From: a bacterium
Lineage (GTDB): Bacteria > SAR324 > NAC60-12
Length of the DNA stretch: 64,000 bases
Assembly (NCBI GenBank): GCA_965205865.1
Contig: CBDBHR010000026.1
Location: forward strand, 224,997 to 288,996
Reading direction: 5' to 3'
Notes under the pieces: model-generated
Told to the model about the DNA's origin: nothing
The model's input: only the letters and a program-made list of their open reading frames with translations
Databases searched by the model: none
Part shown: positions 21,324 to 32,326 of the stretch, in pieces
Layout of the letters: each line of letters starts with the position of its first letter
Numbering within the stretch: position 1 is the stretch's first letter
Program-made: the position numbers and the translations under genes

Positions 21324-22289
21324 ATGAAAACGTACATCATCCGGCGGGTCCTGCTGCTGATTCCGACCTTTTTTCTGGTCACCATTTTGGTGTTCCTCTC
21401 GGTGCGGTTCATACCCGGGGATGTCATAGACACGCTTTTGTACCGGATGGAGGATGGGGCAGGCGGCGGCGCCCACATCGACCGTGCGGGGCTCGAGCAG
21501 CGGCTGGGGCTGGACGTGCCGGTCCCCGTGCAGTATGGCCGCTGGATGGGCGGCATACTCCTGCGTGGCGACCTGGGCAAGCCTCTGTTGAAGGCGGAAC
21601 CGGTCGGTCAACTGATCGCCGGCCGGCTGCCGACCACCATCGAGCTGGGTCTGGTGTCGATCCTCATTGGTCTGCTGATCGGAGTGCCCATCGGGATTTA
21701 CTCTGCAATCAAGCAGAACATCCTGGGAGACTACGCCGCTCGCTCCTTCGCCATCTTCGGCCTGGCGACGCCCAACTTCTGGCTGGCCACCATCATCCTC
21801 ATCTTCCCGGCGATCTGGTGGGGATGGGCTCCCCCGCTGCGTCTGGTGCGCCTGAACGACGACTTCGTCGGCCACTTTGGCATCTTCATCGTGCCGGGTC
21901 TGATCCTCGGCACCTATCTGGCAGCGGGCACGATGCGGATGACCCGCACGATGATGCTGGAGGTGCTCCGGCAGGATTACATTCGCACAGCATGGGCCAA
22001 GGGCCTCAGAGAGCGCCTGGTCATCCTGCGGCACGCCATCAAGAACGCGCTGATCCCGGTGGTGACCTTGATTGGACTGCAGCTGCCCTTAGTGATCGGC
22101 GGTACGGTGATCATGGAGCAGATGTTCGCCATCCCGGGTCTGGGACGGCTGATGATCAATGCCTTCAATAATCGCGACTACCCGTTGATATAGGGGATCA
22201 ATCTCTTCTTTGCCTTCGCGGTCATGACGATTAATTTGTTCATCGACCTCCTCTACTCCTACCTGGATCCACGAATCCAATACAAGTAA
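21324..22289 (+). pseudogene. DppB-type permease with premature TAG at 22191
   Basis: Full permease sequence; reading continues in frame past the stop to DPRIQYK*. Confidence 0.85.
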
Positions 22290-22524
22290 GCGGACTCTCG
22301 ATGCGTGAAGTGACGCGACCCAAATCGAAACCGCATACCCTATAGCACTACACCTGGGGATAGCAGGAGGCATCGGTCGTTTGTTAAAGGGATCACTCAG
22401 TATGATGAAGAGAAGGAAGAATTTTTGAAAATTGAGAAGTTGCAACCAAGCAGTTAAAGGCGTAAGCTAAAATTAATCTGATGATGGAGGAATTCATAAC
22501 GCTCAAACACTGAAGAGACGATCC

Positions 22525-22800
22525 ATGACAACACTTTTACAACAGACCCTGGAGGAATTAGCTTCAACAGAAAAACAGCAAAAACGGTTGGTAGCTTATT
22601 TGAGAGAACACGAAGCAGAGATTTTAAATTACGTCAACAACGAGGTGGACACGCCTCCTCCTAAAACCCCCGATCCAAAAGAGACAGAAAATGACCCATG
22701 GGCAACCCTTGATATTGACAGTATCGCCGTTGAGACAGGGATTCCCGATCTTGCCAAAAATTATAAACATTATCTTTACGACCTTCCAAAACGCCCATGA
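22525..22800 (+). CDS. Putative antitoxin
   Basis: Small ORF with ATGA overlap to a PIN gene; ETGIPDLAKNYKHYLY. Confidence 0.7.
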   Translation: MTTLLQQTLEELASTEKQQKRLVAYLREHEAEILNYVNNEVDTPPPKTPDPKETENDPWATLDIDSIAVETGIPDLAKNYKHYLYDLPKRP

Positions 22801-23204
22801 GTCTTATCTTTGTTGACACTTCTGCACTTATTGCCCTGGGGAATAAACAGGATGACTTGCATGATAAAGCTAAAAACATCAGAAACGCCTTAATCCAAGC
22901 CCACCAGTCCTTTATTACAACAAACGCCATTTTACTCGAATTGTGCAATACGTTTAGTGCTCTGAATTTGAGAAATGGCGCCATCCAATTGGTGACGGCC
23001 ATCCGACAATCGCCGACCTGGTATTGTGTTGCGATTGATCCCCTGATGGACGCAGGGATTGAGTTATTCAAACAACGACTGGATAAAGAATGGAGTCTTG
23101 TAGATTGTCAGAGTATTTTAGTAGCTCAAACATATAAAATCACGGACATCTTCACCCATGACCACCATTTTGAGCAAGCCGGATTTAACATTCTGTTGAA
23201 ATAA
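22797..23204 (+). CDS. PIN-domain (VapC-like) toxin
   Basis: IFVDTSALIAL, TTNAILLE, WSLVDCQS, FTHDHHFEQAGF. Confidence 0.9.
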   Translation: MSLIFVDTSALIALGNKQDDLHDKAKNIRNALIQAHQSFITTNAILLELCNTFSALNLRNGAIQLVTAIRQSPTWYCVAIDPLMDAGIELFKQRLDKEWSLVDCQSILVAQTYKITDIFTHDHHFEQAGFNILLK

Positions 23205-23250
23205 TTATCGAGGCATGGAGAGGGAAAAGATCAAAGGAATGGCTAAAACC

Positions 23251-23325
23251 AGCGCGAGTTGGGCACGGCTGATCCATAAGATCTTCGAAGTGGATCCACT
23301 CTTATGTCCCAATTGTGGTAAAGAC
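23251..23325 (+). mobile_element. IS91-like transposase C-terminal remnant
   Basis: Reads SASWARLIHKIFEVDPLLCPNCG. Confidence 0.6.
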
Positions 23326-23523
23326 AGGTACTATCGTTTTGTGTAATTTTTGATTTTGCTATGTGGCAATTTCGATATACTTAGAGCCAGGGAGAAAACC
23401 TGCTCCGAAAAAACAGGTCAATCGTTTCAGCTTAAGGAATGTCTATGAGGATAAAGCCATGCGAATTCATGCTCCCAAAAAAAATGACCGCTTTGGACGA
23501 GGGGCTACTTTTGTCTGCATTCA

Positions 23524-23823
23524 TTGGAAGTTGAATTTATACCGAAATCAAAAACTCTCGCTCGTAGTCGCTGGTCCGAAAAGAGGCATTTGATAGAATT
23601 GTTAACCTATGCTATTGTAGAGAAGTTTTCTAAACTGACGAGAGAGGAGATAGAGAAGATGCTCAAACTGACCCCATTGGACGAAACCGTCGCCGGAAAA
23701 GAACTGATCCAAATCGGAAAATCTCAAGGTTTGCAAGAAGGTCAAGAAGAAGGGATACTGATCGGTCAAATCCACATGACTCAAAACCTTCTCAACAAGA
23801 GAGGACTCCTAAAGAAGAGTTGA
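23524..23823 (+). pseudogene. C-terminal fragment of an Rpn/DUF2887-like protein
   Basis: LTREEIEKML...GKSQGLQEGQEEG. Confidence 0.55.
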
Positions 23824-24007
23824 TTCGAAAAAGGAATGAAGAGTTACAAAGCCTGCTTCAACAGCTTCAATCTCAACTCAATCGCTCCTAAGCAAACTCA
23901 AGCAACTTTTTGCGAAAGCTGCTTATTTTGAGTGCGCATCACTCCTTGAAATGATGCGCTCTGCATCCCATGCTTTTCGTTCCGGGAAAGGCAGGATTGC
24001 ACAGTAT

Positions 24008-24292
24008 TTTCAAGGACTGACACAGAGAAGAGCGAGGATCAAGTCCAGGATGAGACAAGCACTCGCTACTGAGGAGTTAAGATGAGTAATAAAATCTTTT
24101 GACATCCTCTAAATTTTTTTATATTGTCCTGGAAGGATGCCTTTGCTATTTTTAAGGACTGACACAGATAGGAGCCAAGATCAAGTCCAGGATGAGACAA
24201 GCACTCGCCACTGAGGAGTTAAGATGAGCAAAAAAATCTATTGACATCCTCTAAATATTTTTATATTGTGCTGGAAGGATGCCTTTGCTATT
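24008..24292 (+). repeat. Tandem 142-bp duplication, each unit with a TTGACA-N17-TATTGT promoter-like site
   Basis: AAGGACTGACAC at 24012 and 24154; TTGACA at 24099 and 24241. Confidence 0.85.
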
Positions 24293-25287
24293 CTGGGAGC
24301 GAAAGTCATATTTTAGACACGTTTTGAAATATCGTCAGATGGATAGGATACTGAATGGGATAATGAAATCTACCAGGATTTTGCCATCATCGTTCTTTTG
24401 TGATAGTTTTCAAGAAATCGCCTTGGGCTGACGGTTTTTAAGAATTTCGGCTTGTTTTTCGTTTTCTCTTTTGATAGATTTCAAGAAAACGCCTTTGATT
24501 GAAGGGTTTATTTCAATTTTGCTAATATTTTAGCCGAAAGTCATGTAAAACATCATATCCTCACCAGAGGATTTTTAGAAACGGTCAACGGGGAATTGAA
24601 AAGTGCCCAAATTTTACTTTTATTTTAAATAAATCGGATATTGATTAAAAAAACATATTGACTTCCTGTTCTGGATATGAGAAAATTTGCCTTAAATTGT
24701 CGCTGTAGCGAAATAGCTTTTAGCCGTCTGCTGTCAGCTGTCAGTTTTTGAATCAAATTGATATACAGTTTTTTTGTAAGTGAAAACCGATAGCTGAGAA
24801 CAGATAGCCTTTAATGCTTGACAAACATTTGCAAGATTATACAGTATTTTATTCCAGGAACAGAAGAGCAATAATGAGATCCTTCGCTTTGCTCAGGATG
24901 ACATGAAAGGCTAATATTAACCCATTTCAAGTTTAAAAGCATCTTGACAATAAGGTGGATATGAGAGTAAACTCAAACACCCAGCTCCCAGCTCCCAGTA
25001 ATAAGTTCCAAGCAACAAGTCACAAGTCCCCAATCCCAAGTTCTACCCCCTTATATTATCTCGACCTCAGGGAGAGATCCATAAGATTCCTAGTTCCCAA
25101 TCCCAAGTTCCAAGAACAGAAGGGCAATCGGGAAAATCATGGGCGTCTGAGAACGTCCTTTATTCGTTCTTTTTTATAAGGAGAACACCATGCTGAAATC
25201 AGGAAAGCGGAATTGGTCCGCCAAACAAGGAAAGCTGGTCAAGCCTGCAGATAAACTTCACGTTAACAATCATATAAGGAGGTAGTT

Positions 25288-27315
25288 ATGAAACGAGCAT
25301 TATCTTTAGCAAGCGAGGTTCCTATGTATCTTAAGAAATTTCTGGCCCGCTTCGTTGGGCTGACCGTGGCAAACGTCGTGTCTGCTGCGAAAACCCGATT
25401 CGCCCCATGTCGGGTGAATCGTTCTCAAAACCCTCAATTTAAAGAGGTTCTTATGTATTGTATTTTAAAGAAACTTGTCGCCTCCATCGCGAGGCTGAAC
25501 CCGGTAGGCTCTTTGTCTGCTGTACAAAAGCTTGTCCTCGCAAAAGCGGGGATGCCACCCTTGTTGCTCACCTTCACCCTGATGGTGGCCGCCCTCTGGG
25601 TCAGTTCGGCCGTGGCGGCTGAGAAAGAGACGGTGTTCGACCCCGCCACCGGCCAGACGTGGACTGCGCATGAGTATGGCGGGACACTCACGTTTGGCAT
25701 GAAGCGCTATCCTAAGAGTGCTGACGTGTGGTACGCTGGTGGCTGGGCGCCTGTCCTCATCAGTGGTGTTAATGAGAAGCTAGCCTTCGCCGACTGGGGA
25801 CTATCCAGGGAAAAGACCGCTGACTTTTACCACTTTGTGACCCCAGCGATGACCACAGGGTGTCTGGCGGAAAGCTGGTCGCAGCCCGACCCCACAACGT
25901 TCATCTGGCACATCCGCCAGGGCGTTTTCTGGGACAATAAGGAGCCGGTGAACGGTCGTCAGTTCGATGCTTATGACGTCGAATGGAACTATCACCGCTA
26001 TTTGGGTCTGGGTGAATTCAGCGAACTCGGAATCAGCCCCGAAGTTGAGGATATAACGAATGGTCTCTCGTACGAATCGGTAACGGCCACCGATAAATGG
26101 ACGGTTGAGGTTAAGCTGGCGAAGCCTGACGCCGATGTGCTGGGGAAAATGCTACACACCTACCTTTTTGTGTACGCCCCCGAGGTAATCGAGAAATACG
26201 GCGACGCTCAGGATTGGAGGAACGCGGTCGGCACCGGGCCCTATCGACTGACTGAGTACGTCCAGGACAGCTCGGCAACCTGGGAGAAGAATCCTAACTA
26301 CTGGAAATACGACGAAAAATGGCCGGAGAACCGCCTGCCCTATACTGACAAGTTAGTGAGCCTGGCTATGCCAGAGTCAGCGACACGTATATCGGCAATG
26401 CGCACGGGTAAGATTGATATGCTGACTGAAGCCGGCGACGCTTATATACTGAGTCCCGACTATGTAGAGAGCCTCCAGAAGAGCAACCCTGAAATCGAGT
26501 TGTGGACCATTTATTCCATTGTCATTGACATTTTCGGTTTTAACCAGTCTTCGGAGCTCATGCAGGACGTCAATGTGCGCAAGGCACTGCAGATGGCAGT
26601 GGACAACGAGGCAATCAACAATTCCTTCTTTAAGGGTTTTGGAGATACAGCACTTTATGGGACAATAAATCAAGATTCTAAAGGGTGGAACTGGCCAGTT
26701 GAAGAATGGCCGGACGAGGTCAAGCAAGAATATACCTATAATCCGAAAAGGGCCGAGGAGATCCTTGATGCGGCTGGATATCCACGCCGCGCCGACGGCT
26801 ATAGATTCAAGGTCAAGCTAGGCAGTGCGGAAAAGTTTGAAACGACCTATGCAGAAATACTCGTGTCGTACTTCGATGCCATTGGCGTTGATAGCGAGAT
26901 TGAAGTGGTTACTGCGGCCGACAAGGGAGCTGCCCGAAGGGGGCCGACGATGAAGTGGGATTTACACAATTTTGGGTATTATAGCTGGTTCGCCCCCAAC
27001 AAGGATATATATTGTTTATCAAATTGCGCAGATGGTCATTGGCCCAAAACGAAGGACCAGCGAATGCACGACATAGTTGCCGCCATGAAAGTCGCTGCCA
27101 CCATGGAGGAGTCGATGAGCTTACATCGAGAGGCCGATGAGAAAACGGTAAGGGAGCACTATGCCATAATCAAACCCCAATCCCCTAAGTTTTACGTGAG
27201 CCAGCCGTGGGTCGAGGGTTATTTCGGTGAATCAGGTATGCAACGGGCCTCACGTAATACCTTCATGGCCCGCCTCTGGATTGATAGTGCGATGAAGAAA
27301 GAAATGGGGCATTAG
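25288..27315 (+). CDS. Family 5 extracellular solute-binding protein (DppA/OppA-like), copy 1; true start uncertain (25288, 25324, 25453 or 25552)
   Basis: Signal peptide ...AVA-AE, CLAESW, GTGPY, MRTGKID, NPKRAEEILDAAGY. Confidence 0.9.
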   Translation: MKRALSLASEVPMYLKKFLARFVGLTVANVVSAAKTRFAPCRVNRSQNPQFKEVLMYCILKKLVASIARLNPVGSLSAVQKLVLAKAGMPPLLLTFTLMVAALWVSSAVAAEKETVFDPATGQTWTAHEYGGTLTFGMKRYPKSADVWYAGGWAPVLISGVNEKLAFADWGLSREKTADFYHFVTPAMTTGCLAESWSQPDPTTFIWHIRQGVFWDNKEPVNGRQFDAYDVEWNYHRYLGLGEFSELGISPEVEDITNGLSYESVTATDKWTVEVKLAKPDADVLGKMLHTYLFVYAPEVIEKYGDAQDWRNAVGTGPYRLTEYVQDSSATWEKNPNYWKYDEKWPENRLPYTDKLVSLAMPESATRISAMRTGKIDMLTEAGDAYILSPDYVESLQKSNPEIELWTIYSIVIDIFGFNQSSELMQDVNVRKALQMAVDNEAINNSFFKGFGDTALYGTINQDSKGWNWPVEEWPDEVKQEYTYNPKRAEEILDAAGYPRRADGYRFKVKLGSAEKFETTYAEILVSYFDAIGVDSEIEVVTAADKGAARRGPTMKWDLHNFGYYSWFAPNKDIYCLSNCADGHWPKTKDQRMHDIVAAMKVAATMEESMSLHREADEKTVREHYAIIKPQSPKFYVSQPWVEGYFGESGMQRASRNTFMARLWIDSAMKKEMGH

Positions 27316-27376
27316 AAGCCATGTTAAAACCTTGTTTCCCCTCCCCTGGCGGGAGGGGTAGGGGAGGGGGTTTCCC

Positions 27377-28381
27377 ATGAGAACATATTTCATCAGGCGG
27401 TTATTGCTCATGATCCCGACCCTGTTTCTCCTGAGTATCCTGGTCTTTCTCTCGGTGCGCTTCATCCCCGGCGATGTCGTCGACATCATGGTAGCTAAGA
27501 TGCACGGATGGGGGGGTGGCTATACAAACCGTGAAGTTCTTGAGCGTGTGTTGGGATTAGACGTGCCTGTGCACGTACAGTACGGACGCTGGATAGGAGT
27601 GTTGCCGACCCCTGACTGGAAGACCGGTGAGTCTCAATTCAGCGGTATCCTCCAGGGCACCCTTGGCAAATCACTGTATGCCACCCATTTGTCGATAGAG
27701 GAACAGGTATTAGAGAGATTGCCAGTAACCCTTGAGCTGGGTCTCATGGCCATCGTGATCGGGTTGGTGATCGCGCTACCGGTGGGCATCTACTCGGCGA
27801 TTCGCCAGGATACTGCCACCGACTACCTGGGGCGCTCCATCGCCATCATCGGCCTGGCCACGCCTAACTTCTGGCTGGCAATTATGGTCATCCTCTACCC
27901 GGCAATCTGGTGGGGCTGGGCGCCATCGATAAGGTATATCCCTCTTGTCGAAAACCCGCTGGGGAATCTGGTGATGTTCCTCATTCCCAGCGTGATTCTG
28001 GGGACGGCCATGGCTGCCGAGACCATGCGGATGACACGCACCATGATGCTGGAGGTCTTAAGGCAGGACTACATCCGCACCGCCTGGTCCAAAGGGCTCA
28101 AGGAGCAGGTCGTGGTGATCCGGCACGCCATCAAGAATGCCCTCATCCCGATAGTTACCCTGATCGGCCTGCGCTTGCCCCTCCTGATCGGGGGCTCCGT
28201 TATCATGGAAGAAATATTTGTTCTGCCGGGGATCGGTCGTTTATACCTGGATGCAATCGAGAGCAGAGACTACCCGGCGGTCCAGGGAATCAACCTGTTT
28301 TTCGCCACCGGGGTAGTGGGGATCAATCTCTTCATCGACCTGATTTATGCTTTCTTGGACCCCAGGGTTCAGTATAAATAG
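27377..28381 (+). CDS. Peptide/nickel ABC permease, DppB-type
   Basis: LPVTLEL, MRMTRTMMLEVLRQDYIRTAWSKGL, HAIKNAL. Confidence 0.92.
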   Translation: MRTYFIRRLLLMIPTLFLLSILVFLSVRFIPGDVVDIMVAKMHGWGGGYTNREVLERVLGLDVPVHVQYGRWIGVLPTPDWKTGESQFSGILQGTLGKSLYATHLSIEEQVLERLPVTLELGLMAIVIGLVIALPVGIYSAIRQDTATDYLGRSIAIIGLATPNFWLAIMVILYPAIWWGWAPSIRYIPLVENPLGNLVMFLIPSVILGTAMAAETMRMTRTMMLEVLRQDYIRTAWSKGLKEQVVVIRHAIKNALIPIVTLIGLRLPLLIGGSVIMEEIFVLPGIGRLYLDAIESRDYPAVQGINLFFATGVVGINLFIDLIYAFLDPRVQYK

Positions 28382-28429
28382 TCGTTTTGCTACTGGTAAA
28401 TATGGGTTTGAGATTCGTATGTAGGAAGA

Positions 28430-28686
28430 AGTCCCTGAGGGACGAAAGAAAGTAGCCCAGCGATTTATCGCTGGGTACAAATGGCTCCTTCAAAGTCCCG
28501 GAGGGACGAAACAACAATGAGGTCTCATATCCCATGAAAACATAATCTTAAATATGATGAGTGTTATATTTTGCATTAATTCGCTCGACCGAAGAAGTGT
28601 CGTCTCTCTGGGACTAGCTGAGAGGAAGGGGGTTTCCTTACCCAGCAATGAATTGCTGGGCTATACCTTTTCGTCCCTCAGGGACT
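28430..28686. repeat. REP/MITE-like element with ~48-bp imperfect inverted arms; matching copy at 36113-36369
   Basis: AGTCCCTGAGGGACGAAA...CCCAGCGATTTATCGCTGGGTA with its inverted counterpart ending GTCCCTCAGGGACT. Confidence 0.8.
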
Positions 28687-28708
28687 GTATCATAGAAAAA
28701 TCGGGATC

Positions 28709-29675
28709 ATGAACAACACCCAAGAAACACCCCGCTATCCGTGAGCCCAAGCGACGAAGCCGGTTTGCGGCTTTCTTGATCAGGTTTCTCAAGGAGAAGC
28801 CACTCGGTACTGCCTGCGGGTTTATCATCTTGATCTTGATTTTAGTGGCAATCTTTGCCGATGCGCTGGCGCCTTATTCCCATAAGGAAGCACACCTGAT
28901 AGACAGGCTGCAGACCCCATCAGCCAAGTATCTGCTGGGTACCGACCACATAGGACGAGACTTACTCAGCCGCCTGATCTACGGGGCGCGTATCTCCGTA
29001 CTTGTCGGCCTGGCCGCGACCGCAATCAATGTGGTCTTCGCTGTCCTCATCGGCGGCATTTCAGGATTCCTCGAGGGTAAAGTGGATCTGGCGGTGCAGC
29101 GCTTTGTCGATGCCTGGATTGCCTTTCCGGGACTGCTGCTCTTGCTGACCCTCGTGTCCGTCGTGGGACAGGGGTTGCTCCAGATCATCCTGGTGCTGGG
29201 GATCGCCGGTGGAGTCGAAGGCTCCCGCGTCGTGCGGGGTGCGGTGATCGCCATTAAAGAGAATGACTATTTTCTGGCAGCCCAGGCCGTGGGCACCCCG
29301 ACCAGCCAAATCCTCAACCGTCATGTGCTGCCCAATATTATGGCACCCGTCATCATTATCTTCTCCATTAACATCGGGGGGGTGATTATGACTTTGGCTG
29401 CTCTGGGCTTCCTCGGATACGGTCTGCCACCCAACATTCCTGACTGGGGAGGGATGCTCAGCCGGGAAGGGCGCCGGTACATGGAGATGGCCCCCTGGCT
29501 GGCGCTCTGGCCCGGTCTTTGCTTGACGATTGCCGTCTACGCGCTCAACATGTTCGGCGACGCCATCAGAGACTTGCTCGATCCCCGGCTGCGGGGCGGA
29601 CAAGGCAGTTACGGCATCACGGGGAAACGCAAACGCGGATTCCTCACCCGACTGATCAACCCTTTCAGATGGTAA
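28709..29675 (+). CDS. DppC-type permease; +1 C near 28730 disrupts the start region (pseudogene or read error)
   Basis: Nearly identical to 36392-37357 apart from the C-run indel. Confidence 0.8.
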
Positions 29676-29755
29676 ACGCACCAAAAATTGTAAAAATACT
29701 TGTTTAACTTTTTCTACAATGTTAAATCTTCATAGGTGTTCGGGATTTAAAAAGA

Positions 29756-29942
29756 TAAGTAAAGAATCCACCTTCTTAGAAGGTGATTTTGATGGGCCCC
29801 TGGAAGGGGCGGCTCGTGAGCCGTGCTCGTGCTCGTGAACGAAATGGCATCCCAGAGAAACCTGGATTCCCTCTCAAGAGAATCGGGAACGTTTCTATCG
29901 AGCACGTGCACGATTTTGGCAGAGCCGATTGTCTCTGACCAC
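29756..29942 (+). repeat. Dispersed His-rich-ORF element copy C, the shortest (ATG 29792-29938)
   Basis: Lacks the 12-, 27- and 18-nt blocks; frame retained. Confidence 0.85.
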
Positions 29943-29998
29943 AACTAGGCGTCCCCGCCCAAAGGACGTTGTTTCATCAGATAAAATGAAAGGAAAAT

Positions 29999-30877
29999 AT
30001 GAAGTATTACAAAATCATTTCAGCAAATGGCAGCTCCCGATTTACCGTGGAACAAGAGGAAGGCCTCCTCGCAGACCTGACTTCGGTGGATGAAAATCTG
30101 TCAGACCTGGAAGTCATTGCTCGTGCCGCATCCCTCTCCGGAGTCAGCATAGACAAGATTGCAGAACGGATCATCGAGTCCGGCAAGCCCCCAATCCTGA
30201 AAATGGAGGAGGTCTTGGATGAAAAAAGCGATATGCGACTGGCTCGTCCCTTCGACCCTCCGGAAGTGTGGGGTGCCGGCGCGACCTATAACAAAGATCT
30301 GAGCAAGGCCTCGGAAAGTTACATCAAGATCTATCAGGCAGAGCGCCCGATGCTTTTCTTCAAGGCAACGCCACAACGATGTGTCGGCCCCTTTGTGTCC
30401 GTTGGAATCCGGGAGGACAGCGCGATCAACATCCCGGAGCCTGAGCTCGCCTTTGTACTCTACCAGGGGGAGATCATTGGCTACACTGTCGCCAACGACA
30501 TGAGCGCCGTGTCCCTTGAGGGAGAAAATACGTATTACCAGCCCCAGGCCAAAGTCTATAATCAGAGCTGCGCCATCGGGCCCTGCTTCGTGACTGCTGA
30601 ATCGATCAAAACCCCTGAGGACCTGGATTTACGCTGCTCTACAAGACGTGACAACGAAGTAGTGTGGTACGGCGAGAGCTCCACTTCCCATTTGGCCCGC
30701 AGTTGCGCCCAACTGGCCGACTGGATCCAACGGTCCAACTCCATGCCCGACTTGACGACGGTGCTCACCGGATGTGATTGTCATCCCCCGTCCGGATTCA
30801 CCCTTCAGCAAGGCGACGTGATCAGCATCACGATCGAGGGAATTGGGACGCTGGAAAACCCCGTCATTGTCGTGTAG
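29999..30877 (+). CDS. FAH-family protein, copy 2
   Basis: Highly similar to 18111-18989. Confidence 0.85.
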   Translation: MKYYKIISANGSSRFTVEQEEGLLADLTSVDENLSDLEVIARAASLSGVSIDKIAERIIESGKPPILKMEEVLDEKSDMRLARPFDPPEVWGAGATYNKDLSKASESYIKIYQAERPMLFFKATPQRCVGPFVSVGIREDSAINIPEPELAFVLYQGEIIGYTVANDMSAVSLEGENTYYQPQAKVYNQSCAIGPCFVTAESIKTPEDLDLRCSTRRDNEVVWYGESSTSHLARSCAQLADWIQRSNSMPDLTTVLTGCDCHPPSGFTLQQGDVISITIEGIGTLENPVIVV

Positions 30878-31041
30878 ATGGAGCTTGTTTGAGCGGTTCA
30901 CCGTTGACCGCTATTGCCTCATGAGGAACTCTACGCTAAGAACCTGTAATAGAGGCAGGATCCGATCATTTGGGGAGGATGATATTTTCAGCCTTCTTAA
31001 CCCACGCCATCAAATCGAAGGTGGAGAAGTATGAGGACATT

Positions 31042-31887
31042 ATGATACCTTCCTATGAAGCCATTATTGCCCCCCGGCACGTGACCGTTTCGGGGATATA
31101 CAATATGCGGGACCTCGGTGGTTTACGCCGGGCGAACGGCCAGCAGACAAAGCAGCATGTTGTGTATCGTGCCGATAACCTCGGTTGGCTCAACCCTGAA
31201 GGGGTGAGCGCGTTGGAGGATTTGGGGATCCGGACCGTCATCGATTTACGGTCCGACTCAGAGGTGACGAGTACACCCAACCCTTTTCGCTCTCACAGCA
31301 GCATCTGCTATCTCCATATTGACTTTCTCAGCACCCTGATTGACTTTCTCAGCACCCTGCGGAATGAACCGTCGTCGGGTGAAGGGGAGTGGTATCAGTC
31401 CAAAAGTCCGGACGGGTTACTGGAGTTGCCGGTCTATCTCAATGTGCGTAAATATTGGAAATGGCTCGTCGAGTGCCAAGTACAGCTCAGAGCAGTCATC
31501 GAGGCGCTCAGTGCCGTCAACGCAACCCCTGCTGTCTTTCACTGTCTCGCCGGCAAGGACAGAACCGGTGTGGTTGCCGCCCTGTTACAATCTCTGTCCG
31601 GCGTTGACGATGCCGTCATTGCGGCAGATTATACGCACACTGCGCGCAATAACACTGCTGGACTCTTGAGCGTACACGGTCCGGAAGGCCTCCAGGATCC
31701 AACGATCATTCAGTCCCCGATCAAAGACTACCTCGATTATCAACGGCAGTTCTGCCCGGCCGAGACGATGCTCCTGCTGCTCTTTATGATCCAAGTCCAC
31801 TACGGCACCACCGAGGCGTATCTGCGTCACATCGGCATCAACGCGGCGACAATGGACCGGCTGATGAAACTGCTGGTGGGATCATGA
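31042..31887 (+). CDS. Protein tyrosine/serine phosphatase-like protein (IphP/LipA type)
   Basis: NMRDLGG, VYRAD, TVIDLRS, FHCLAGKDRTG P-loop. Confidence 0.88.
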   Translation: MIPSYEAIIAPRHVTVSGIYNMRDLGGLRRANGQQTKQHVVYRADNLGWLNPEGVSALEDLGIRTVIDLRSDSEVTSTPNPFRSHSSICYLHIDFLSTLIDFLSTLRNEPSSGEGEWYQSKSPDGLLELPVYLNVRKYWKWLVECQVQLRAVIEALSAVNATPAVFHCLAGKDRTGVVAALLQSLSGVDDAVIAADYTHTARNNTAGLLSVHGPEGLQDPTIIQSPIKDYLDYQRQFCPAETMLLLLFMIQVHYGTTEAYLRHIGINAATMDRLMKLLVGS

Positions 31888-31938
31888 ATATTCTTGAGAA
31901 AGGTCCTAAAAAACATTTTTATAAGGAGACATCTATCA

Positions 31939-32227
31939 ATGACCATTATGTCGATCAGCCGGCTCATCTCCCAACGGGCAATAGAAGATCCCGACCGGCC
32001 TTGTATCACGCACGAAGGCAAAACGGTGACCCGTCAGGAGTTTGATCGCCACACCAATCGGCTGGCTCGTGCTTACCAACAAAAGGGAGTCCAGCACAAT
32101 GATTTTGTCACCGTGGCCTTGCCCAATTCGATTGAATTTTATCAAGCCTGTGTCGCCATTTGGAAGCTGGGCGCCACCCCTCAACCCGTTTCCGCAAAGT
32201 TACCCCAAAGGGAATTAGCAGCCATTA
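31939..32227 (+). pseudogene. Acyl-CoA ligase N-terminal fragment
   Basis: NRLARAY...VTVALPNSIEF...WKLGATPQPV, then abruptly truncated. Confidence 0.8.
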
Positions 32228-32326
32228 GGGGCGAGAGAAAAAGGACAGAAAATTTTCTTCCCCACTTTGTCTAGTTTTTTACAATAGGGTTGAGAAACCA
32301 TTTGATTTTCTAATGGAGAAAAAGGG

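Noticed and set aside
20952-22034. 360-aa minus-strand ORF
   Set aside because: Antisense to the dppB-type gene; low-complexity composition typical of GC-rich shadows
24008-24292. Hammerhead ribozyme, CRISPR array or type III TA antitoxin repeats
   Set aside because: CTGAGGA is present but the required GAAA and stems are not. The units are contiguous 142-mers without unique spacers, and no ToxN-like gene follows.
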